Assembly: GCA_041615815.1 (NCBI GenBank)
Contig: JBFJCP010000006.1
Location: 64,001-128,000 of the forward strand
Origin: Gemmatimonadales bacterium
GTDB lineage: Bacteria; Gemmatimonadota; Gemmatimonadetes; Gemmatimonadales; GWC2-71-9
DNA length: 64,000 nt
Direction: 5' to 3'
The position numbers and the translations under genes are program-made. The notes beneath the pieces were generated by a model. It was not told the origin of the DNA. It was given only the letters and a program-made list of their open reading frames with translations, and did no database searches. Of the stretch, positions 57,564 to 64,000 are shown piece by piece. Numbering within the stretch: position 1 is the stretch's first letter; every line of letters begins with the position of its first letter.

Positions 57564-58427
57564 ATGAGCTCAAGACAAACGGATCGTGTTTCGGAGCAGC
57601 TGGTGCGAGCGGCGGTGGATCGTGCGCTGGAGGAAGATGCGGCACGCCACGACGTGACCACCGGGCTTCTGCCGGAGCAGGCCGCCCGCGGCGCCGAAGG
57701 TCGCGTGCGCGCCGCCGCGCCCATGGTTGCCGCCGGTTTGCAGGTGGCGGCGATGGTGTTCCGTCGTCTCGATGCCGGCTGCAGCACCTCGCTTCGGGTG
57801 GCCGACGGCGACACCATCGCCGCCGCTACGGTGCTCGCCGTCGTGCACGGTCCCGCACGCGCGCTCCTCGCCGGTGAACGCGTGGCCCTCAACTTTCTGC
57901 AACGGCTCTCCGGGATCGCGACGGCCACGCGAGCCCTGGTGGAGATCGTCGCAGGCACCCGGGCGTTCATCACCGATACGCGGAAGACCACGCCCGGCCT
58001 CCGCGCGTTGGAGAAATACGCCGTTCGGGTGGGTGGCGGGACGAGCCATCGCGAATCACTGGCGGATGCCATCCTCTGGAAAGACAACCACTGGGCGTTG
58101 TTGGCGGAATCCGGCGAGACGCTCGATGCGGTGTTACGCCGCGCGCCATCCGGCATGCCGGTGATCGTCGAGGTGGAATCCGAAACGCAGCTGGAGGAAG
58201 CGCTGGCGGCGGGGGTCAAGCGCATTCTCGTGGACAATCAGCCGCCCGAACGGCTTGCAAGGTGGGTGCGCAGGGCGGGGACCAGTGTCGAGATCGAAGC
58301 CTCCGGGGGCATCACGGCGGCGACCGTTCGAGCGTACGCGGAAGCCGGGGCCCGCTACATCTCCATCGGCGCACTCACCCATTCCGCCCCCGCAGCGGAT
58401 ATTTCCTTCGAGATCCGACTGCGCTGA
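57564..58427 (+). CDS. nadC: Quinolinate phosphoribosyltransferase
   Basis: AL.ED, ER.ALNFLQ.LSGIAT, DTRKTTPG, KDNH, EVE, EASGGI, S.GALTHS. Confidence 0.95.
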   Translation: MSSRQTDRVSEQLVRAAVDRALEEDAARHDVTTGLLPEQAARGAEGRVRAAAPMVAAGLQVAAMVFRRLDAGCSTSLRVADGDTIAAATVLAVVHGPARALLAGERVALNFLQRLSGIATATRALVEIVAGTRAFITDTRKTTPGLRALEKYAVRVGGGTSHRESLADAILWKDNHWALLAESGETLDAVLRRAPSGMPVIVEVESETQLEEALAAGVKRILVDNQPPERLARWVRRAGTSVEIEASGGITAATVRAYAEAGARYISIGALTHSAPAADISFEIRLR

Positions 58428-58625
58428 CGCCGCGTGGATGTGGGGCGGAAACTGCGCTGAAACGGTGCAGTTTCAAGTGGTGACACGCCGTGTTCAATTG
58501 GGTTGACCTGCCCTGTCCCCAGGGGCAATTTCCCCGAACCCTCGTGTCACAGTGTTGCCTGAGTGAAGCCGATTGCTGGTCTGAGTGGAATCATCCAGTA
58601 TCAACCTTTACCAGGAGCAAGAGCT

Positions 58626-61600
58626 ATGCGCTGGTTCGTTAGATCGTTCCGCGCGTTCCTTCCCGTGCTCGTCGTTGGCGTCTTTGCGGCATTGCCGCTA
58701 CAAGCGCAGATCACCACCGGCGCGATCCGCGGCCGGGTGGTCTCGACATCGGGTGGTTCGGTAGACGGCGCGGAAGTCATTGCCACTAATACTGCCACGG
58801 GCGTGCGAATCGTCACCGCCGCCAACGCGGAGGGCGCGTATTTTTTCCCGGCGTTGCCTGTTGGAAGCTACCGTGTGCAAGCCCGGCGTCTGGGTTTCGC
58901 ACCGGTGGAGACCCCGGTGACCGTGCGGCTGGGGGAAACCGCGCTGTTGAACTTCTCGCTCGCACCCGCCGCTGTGGAGGTCAGCGAGGTCACGGTGACG
59001 GCGGAAGCCACGCCGCTGATCGATCCGGATCAGTCTGGGGTCGTGGACCTGGTGTCTGACGCTCAGATTAATGCGATCCCCGTCAACGGGCGGAACTTCC
59101 AGGATCTCGTGGCCTTGTCCCCCAAGGTCGGTGTCGATATCGGCGACGGCACCGGTGGGAATCTCTCGCTCGGCGGCGGTCGCCGCGGGGCCAACCTCAT
59201 CCAGATCGATGGTGCTGGAACCACGGGCACGTTTTTTGGCGGCGAGGCCCGCGGCTCGGACCGGATTCCCTTCGCATTCTCGATCGAGAGTGTGAAGGAG
59301 TTTCAGGTCGTCGTGAATGGGTTCGACGTGGAGTACGGGTTCTTCAGCGGGGGAGTGATCAACGCGGTCACCAAGACCGGGACGAACGAGTTTCACGGCT
59401 CGGTGTTCGGGTACTTCCGTGATGACGCCATCACGCGGAGTGACTTTTTTGGACGGGAGCCCGATTTTTCCATCCGGCAACTTGGTGGAACGTTTTCGGG
59501 GCCGATCGTGCGGGACAAACTCCACTTTTTCGTGACCGTCGAGCGTCATGACAAGAACGAGCCCATCTTTGGTTTGCCCTCACCGAGCTCTGCACCCGAC
59601 ATCTCTACCCGTGTTCACCCCGATAGTGTTGCCCGGTTCCTCGACATCCTGAGCAGGGTGTACGGGGTGCAGGACGAGACGGGGCAATTCACGCAGACGC
59701 AGGACGAGTGGGCGGTGTTCGGGCGGCTCGACTGGCAGGTCTCCAACGCGCATCGGTTCACGGTGCGTCACAATTTCACCGATCTCCAGCAGCTGTCCGA
59801 CCGGATCAGCCCTGACGAGACCCGCCTCAACGGTGGCGTGTTCAACAACACCGGAAACTCCACGATCGTCTCGCTGAGCTCGGTGTTTTCGCCCAACGTC
59901 TGGAACGAGGCACGCGCGCAGTTGGCCTTCGAGCCGCGTCCCCGCGAAGCGAACACCCTCCTGCCCGAGATGGAAGTCTTCGTGGACAGCGACTTCGACC
60001 CTGCGGTGGACAGTGACGGGGATGGCAACCCCGCGAACGATCGGGATGCCAGCGTGGGCCTTGAGTGTTGTAACGACCCAGTGCTGCCGAACAATCTCGA
60101 AGAGACGACCTTCGAGTTCGTGAACAACCTGCACATTCGCGCTGGGGACCACGGGTTGAAGTTCGGAATGCACTTCAATCTGTTCGACTACGAGAATTTC
60201 TTCGCTTTCGGGCAACAGGGCCAATACGACTTTGACGGCCTGGACGATTTCGAGAATGGCATCGTGGATGACTTTCAGCGGACGGTGCCTAATCCCGGCC
60301 CGGACGGACTGTTCTTCACGGCTGACGACATCAATCCTATAGCGATCTACAAGACCTATGAGCTGTCGTTCTTTGCCCAGGACAGCTGGCGGGTCTCCGA
60401 CTTTTTGACCCTGTCCGGCGGTGTGAGAGCGGACTGGACCATCATTCCCGACGCCGCGCCGCTAAACGATGATGCGCTCGCCGACCTCGGACTCAGGACA
60501 GATGTAAAGCCCGAGGACGTCAACGTTTCCCCACGGTTCAGCTTCACATACGACCCGAGCGGGCAGGGTACCACCATCATCCGTGGAGGTGTGGGGCTAT
60601 TCTTCGGTCGGTTCCCGTCCGTGCTCTACTCCAACTCTCTGCTGAACACAGGACTGAACTCGATCTTCCAGCTTTGCTTCAGCGACGGAGACGTTCCAGT
60701 CATCGACGTGTTCCGGGACTTCAACCCCGCCCAGCCGGGTGCCTCGGTGCCCACTGGTTGCGCAGGCTTCGGGTTCCCAGGGACTCCCAACGTCAACCTC
60801 TTCGCGCCCGACTTCGAGTATCCGCGCACGTGGAAGACGAGTGTGGGCTTTGCACAGGTGCTTCCAGGGAACGTCAAGGTAGAGGTCGATTTCCTTTATT
60901 CGGATACGAAGCAGAACTTCTACGTTCAGGATCAAAATCTGTTGCCGCAGCAGTTCGTCTCCGCCGTCGAGGGTCGGCCGGTATTCGCGCCGCCCGACGA
61001 GATTAGCACGCGGAGCGGCAATCCCGGGTTTGGCGACAACCGCATCGCATCCAGTGTGAACGAGGCACTCGTCCACGTGAGCAACGCCGAAGCCCGGACG
61101 TACCAGGCGTCGATCGGTATCGAGAAGAGGGGCCGGGTGTTCAGTTGGCAGGCCGGTTACACCTACACCGACTCGAAGGACAACTCGTCCTACTCATGCT
61201 GCATTTCCGGTACGGCGCTGTTCGAAACGCCAACGGCGGGGAACCCCAACTTCATCGGCAAGCGCGGAGATGAGCTGAACGGAACCTGGGGGCCGTCCGA
61301 CTTCTCACGACCCCACCGCTTCGTAGTATCCGGCATCGCCAATTTGCCGTTCGATATAATGGTCAGCGGCATCTGGCAGACCTACTCGGGTCAGCCGTGG
61401 ACGCCCACCGTCGATGGGAACCCCAATGCTGACGCCGACTTCGGTAACGATAGGGCCTATGTCGGGACCAATCTGGTGTTCGACGACCCGACGGGGGACG
61501 TTGCGCTGCTCCAGAGTCTCCTCGAGCAACACGAATGCCTCGCCAAGCAGGTGGGTCGAATCGCCACCCGGAACAGCTGCCGGAACAGCTTCTACACCCA

Positions 61601-61886
61601 GCTCGACCTGCGGTTGCGCAAGCGGTTCCGAACGGTCGGTAATCAAGGCTTCGAGTTGAGCCTGGACTTCTTCAACGTGCTCAACATGATCAATGACGAC
61701 TGGAGCCGGAACGTCGGGGTGCCGCAGTTCGGAGACGAGACCGCGCTGCTCGAGGTCGAAGGCTTCGACCCTGCCACCAACGCGTACATCTACTCCGTGA
61801 ACCCGAGTTTTGCCGAAGAGCAGGACCTGCGTTTGTTCCGGACGGATCAAGGATTGGTGCAGCTCGGCGTGAAGTACTCGTTTTAA
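58626..61886 (+). CDS. Oar-like TonB-dependent outer membrane receptor with carboxypeptidase-regulatory-like N-domain
   Basis: Signal peptide, TG.I.G.V, P.NGRNF..L..L.P, GG.IN.VTK.GTN.FHGS, QD.W, SPR..F, C-terminal G.KY.F. Confidence 0.9.
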   Translation: MRWFVRSFRAFLPVLVVGVFAALPLQAQITTGAIRGRVVSTSGGSVDGAEVIATNTATGVRIVTAANAEGAYFFPALPVGSYRVQARRLGFAPVETPVTVRLGETALLNFSLAPAAVEVSEVTVTAEATPLIDPDQSGVVDLVSDAQINAIPVNGRNFQDLVALSPKVGVDIGDGTGGNLSLGGGRRGANLIQIDGAGTTGTFFGGEARGSDRIPFAFSIESVKEFQVVVNGFDVEYGFFSGGVINAVTKTGTNEFHGSVFGYFRDDAITRSDFFGREPDFSIRQLGGTFSGPIVRDKLHFFVTVERHDKNEPIFGLPSPSSAPDISTRVHPDSVARFLDILSRVYGVQDETGQFTQTQDEWAVFGRLDWQVSNAHRFTVRHNFTDLQQLSDRISPDETRLNGGVFNNTGNSTIVSLSSVFSPNVWNEARAQLAFEPRPREANTLLPEMEVFVDSDFDPAVDSDGDGNPANDRDASVGLECCNDPVLPNNLEETTFEFVNNLHIRAGDHGLKFGMHFNLFDYENFFAFGQQGQYDFDGLDDFENGIVDDFQRTVPNPGPDGLFFTADDINPIAIYKTYELSFFAQDSWRVSDFLTLSGGVRADWTIIPDAAPLNDDALADLGLRTDVKPEDVNVSPRFSFTYDPSGQGTTIIRGGVGLFFGRFPSVLYSNSLLNTGLNSIFQLCFSDGDVPVIDVFRDFNPAQPGASVPTGCAGFGFPGTPNVNLFAPDFEYPRTWKTSVGFAQVLPGNVKVEVDFLYSDTKQNFYVQDQNLLPQQFVSAVEGRPVFAPPDEISTRSGNPGFGDNRIASSVNEALVHVSNAEARTYQASIGIEKRGRVFSWQAGYTYTDSKDNSSYSCCISGTALFETPTAGNPNFIGKRGDELNGTWGPSDFSRPHRFVVSGIANLPFDIMVSGIWQTYSGQPWTPTVDGNPNADADFGNDRAYVGTNLVFDDPTGDVALLQSLLEQHECLAKQVGRIATRNSCRNSFYTQLDLRLRKRFRTVGNQGFELSLDFFNVLNMINDDWSRNVGVPQFGDETALLEVEGFDPATNAYIYSVNPSFAEEQDLRLFRTDQGLVQLGVKYSF

Positions 61887-61912
61887 CCGATTCGTAGCTG
61901 CCAGGCCGTGAG

Positions 61913-61944
61913 AAACGGGGGCTCACCTGAGCCCCCGTTTTTTT
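61913..61944. terminator. Intrinsic terminator between convergent genes
   Basis: AAACGGGGGCTCA-CC-TGAGCCCCCGTTT followed by TTTT. Confidence 0.85.
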
Positions 61945-61967
61945 ACGCGTGTCGTGCGATCACGCGT

Positions 61968-63926
61968 CTACGGCGTCTGTACGATCCGGCCCTCACCACC
62001 CTCAGGGTAGTCCGCCGCGCTGATGACCCCGCCGAGCGCGGTGACGATATAGTTCGCCAACGCCTGCTGGTACGTGACCCCCACCGTGGTGAATGCCGCG
62101 CCGCGATAGGGATACTGGTCGCCGCCGCGTGCCAAGAAGTCGATCGTGGCAATGGTGAGTGCACCCCCATCCACCACGGCGCCGTCGCTGACGATCACCG
62201 TACCATCGTCCAATTCGACCTGACGAACACGGGTGCCGGGAGTCGCGACGGTCCCGTCGTCATTGAGGGACTGGGCCGTGCCCGTGCCGTCCCACTCGTA
62301 ACTGAACCCGGAGATCTGGGCATACCGGCCGCTGCCGCCTGGCTCGTCACCCGCCTGGGTTCGTGAGACAGCGTTCTCCAAGATCTCCTTGAACTGTTCT
62401 CGCGAAATGTCCGGAATGATCGTCACGAAGTTGGAGAACGGCACCATCTCGAACGTGTTGAGCTCCGTGATCGAACCGGCGGGAATCACGTTGTCGTTGC
62501 GTATTCCGCCACCGTTCTGAAGGGCGACGTCGGGTACCGGCGCACCGAAGCTCGCTGCCAGCTCCGTCGCCTGCCAGCGGAGCGCATCCGCGATGAGGTT
62601 GCCTTCGTTGGTCTCTCGAGAGCGAACGTTGCCACGGACGCCGTCCAAATCGACTTCCGAAGTGCCGAGGACGTTCGAGGCTAACGCCTCGACGGCCGCC
62701 GCCACCGGATCGGTGACCTTGGCTTGGATCCGTGGATCGGGTCGGACGGCGTCGGGATTCGCACCGCCCGCCACTCGGACTGGCCCACTGCGATCGTCCA
62801 CCGCCACCACGTTTCCGTGCTTGTCGAAGCCCACGACGAGACGCCCCACGTAGCCATAGCTGCCGGACGTCGTGACAACCGGGATCTCGGCTCCATCGGC
62901 TCCTATGCCCGTCAGTGGGTACGGGCCGAAGGGCTCGTCGCCGGGAACCAACAAATCACCCTCATTGGCGAGCAGTTCGTCACCGCCACCGGCGACCATG
63001 ACGTCCACGCCGCGGAGCATGCCCGCCAACGCCAGATCACCATCCACGTCCTGGAGATGGCTGATCAGCACGATCTTGCTCACACCCTTGGCCTCGAGTC
63101 GATCGACCTCGGCTTGGACCGCCCCCGCGACATCTTCCATGACAATTACGTTTCGCGGGCTCGAAATGAACGGGAGGTTGGGTGTGGTGGCGCCGATGAT
63201 GCCGATCCGGTGGCCCTTACGGAACACGACGGTGCTCTTGGCCAGCCTTCCCGTTTCCACGAATGCTTGGAGCCCAGGCTCGGCCGAGAAATCCAGATTG
63301 GCGCTCAGAAACCTGACCGGTCGGTGAAAGCCCGCAATGAAGTCTGCCAAGACGTCGGGACCGAAATCGAACTCGTGATTACCGAGGTCGATGGCATCGT
63401 ACCCGATGAGATCCATGGCGATGGCATCGTAGAAGGGTATGCCCTTCTGGAGACTCGCGTTGAACTCGGGGCCAGCCAGGAAATTGTCTCCTGACGAGAC
63501 CATGAGTGCCGCTCGTCTCCCGGGCGGCTCCTTGCCGAAGCGCGTGTGGTTTGAGGACGTCGCAAGCACCTCATCGAGCTGGTCGCTCTCCCATGCCGGA
63601 GGTGTTGGGAGGTCGAATGCGGTGCCAAACTCGTCCTCACTGGTCGCGATCCCCACGTGTGCGGGTGTACGGTGGTGTTCCCGTGTTGCCTGCCAGCGAA
63701 GCTTGCGCACCACTGAGGCGAACCGGGCCACGCCTCCGAAGTCCTCGAGACCGCTCCCCAAATTGATGAGATCCGATTCCCCATCATTGTTGTGGAGGAG
63801 GGTCAGCCAGAAGTGGACTTCGGAATGAGATTGGGAGAGGTTGGCGGATAACTGCGGATTCTGAATGACGTCCTCGGAGCATCCCGCGACCAACAGGAGC
63901 AGGAGGACGAGCGCGCCACGTCGCAT
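61968..63926 (-). CDS. 5'-nucleotidase/UshA-family metallophosphoesterase lipoprotein
   Basis: Lipobox VAG-C, LLHNND, SGDNF, LGNHEFDFG, SAN, ISHL, ETN.GNL.ADA, NGGGIR, PF.N, FL..GGD.Y. Confidence 0.9.
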   Translation of the reverse strand: MRRGALVLLLLLVAGCSEDVIQNPQLSANLSQSHSEVHFWLTLLHNNDGESDLINLGSGLEDFGGVARFASVVRKLRWQATREHHRTPAHVGIATSEDEFGTAFDLPTPPAWESDQLDEVLATSSNHTRFGKEPPGRRAALMVSSGDNFLAGPEFNASLQKGIPFYDAIAMDLIGYDAIDLGNHEFDFGPDVLADFIAGFHRPVRFLSANLDFSAEPGLQAFVETGRLAKSTVVFRKGHRIGIIGATTPNLPFISSPRNVIVMEDVAGAVQAEVDRLEAKGVSKIVLISHLQDVDGDLALAGMLRGVDVMVAGGGDELLANEGDLLVPGDEPFGPYPLTGIGADGAEIPVVTTSGSYGYVGRLVVGFDKHGNVVAVDDRSGPVRVAGGANPDAVRPDPRIQAKVTDPVAAAVEALASNVLGTSEVDLDGVRGNVRSRETNEGNLIADALRWQATELAASFGAPVPDVALQNGGGIRNDNVIPAGSITELNTFEMVPFSNFVTIIPDISREQFKEILENAVSRTQAGDEPGGSGRYAQISGFSYEWDGTGTAQSLNDDGTVATPGTRVRQVELDDGTVIVSDGAVVDGGALTIATIDFLARGGDQYPYRGAAFTTVGVTYQQALANYIVTALGGVISAADYPEGGEGRIVQTP

Positions 63927-64000
63927 GGCCGTTCCTCCGAATACTGGGATGAATTGTGAAATCCGAGGGCTCGAACCCGAACGGTTGGGATAATGGCGGC

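Noticed and set aside
1..64000. Hundreds of alternative-frame ORFs in the track
   Set aside because: Arg/Pro/Gly-rich shadow frames expected in GC-rich DNA; no motifs, and they overlap well-supported genes.
63960..64000. GGTTCGAGCCC (minus strand) resembling a tRNA T-loop
   Set aside because: No proper T-stem, acceptor stem or CCA; it lies in the nucleotidase upstream region.

Overview
A GC-rich bacterial chromosomal window with about 66 genes. I saw no rRNA, tRNA, CRISPR array or mobile element. The gene repertoire (several ECF sigma factors, a stand-alone Ser/Thr kinase, an Oar-type TonB receptor, b558-type sdhCAB) suggests a Gemmatimonadota-like organism; this is inference only. Recognisable genes: gdhA, two cyclophilins, pilT, sdhCAB, acs, a cold-shock protein, DsbA-VKOR, ccmABCD-hemC-hemB, ctaA, nadC, transporters and peptidases. 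The best candidate for an undescribed system is a tightly coupled minus-strand operon at 47.4-53.1 kb: SigR/SigH-like ECF sigma, zinc anti-sigma, DUF92 membrane protein, FAD oxidoreductase, flavin reductase, methyltransferase, SRPBCC protein and KAS-II ketosynthase, followed by an aquaporin. It reads as a stress-controlled lipid or aromatic-polyketide pathway. The second candidate is a 4xPAS sigma-54 activator placed to drive an orphan paralog of the same ECF sigma through a visible -24/-12 promoter. Two small genes missing from the ORF track were found by eye (ccmD and a 29-aa membrane peptide coupled to the Na+/solute symporter), plus several structured intergenic elements. All family assignments come from motif recognition, not database searches. 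Many start codons were re-called from RBS and overlap evidence.
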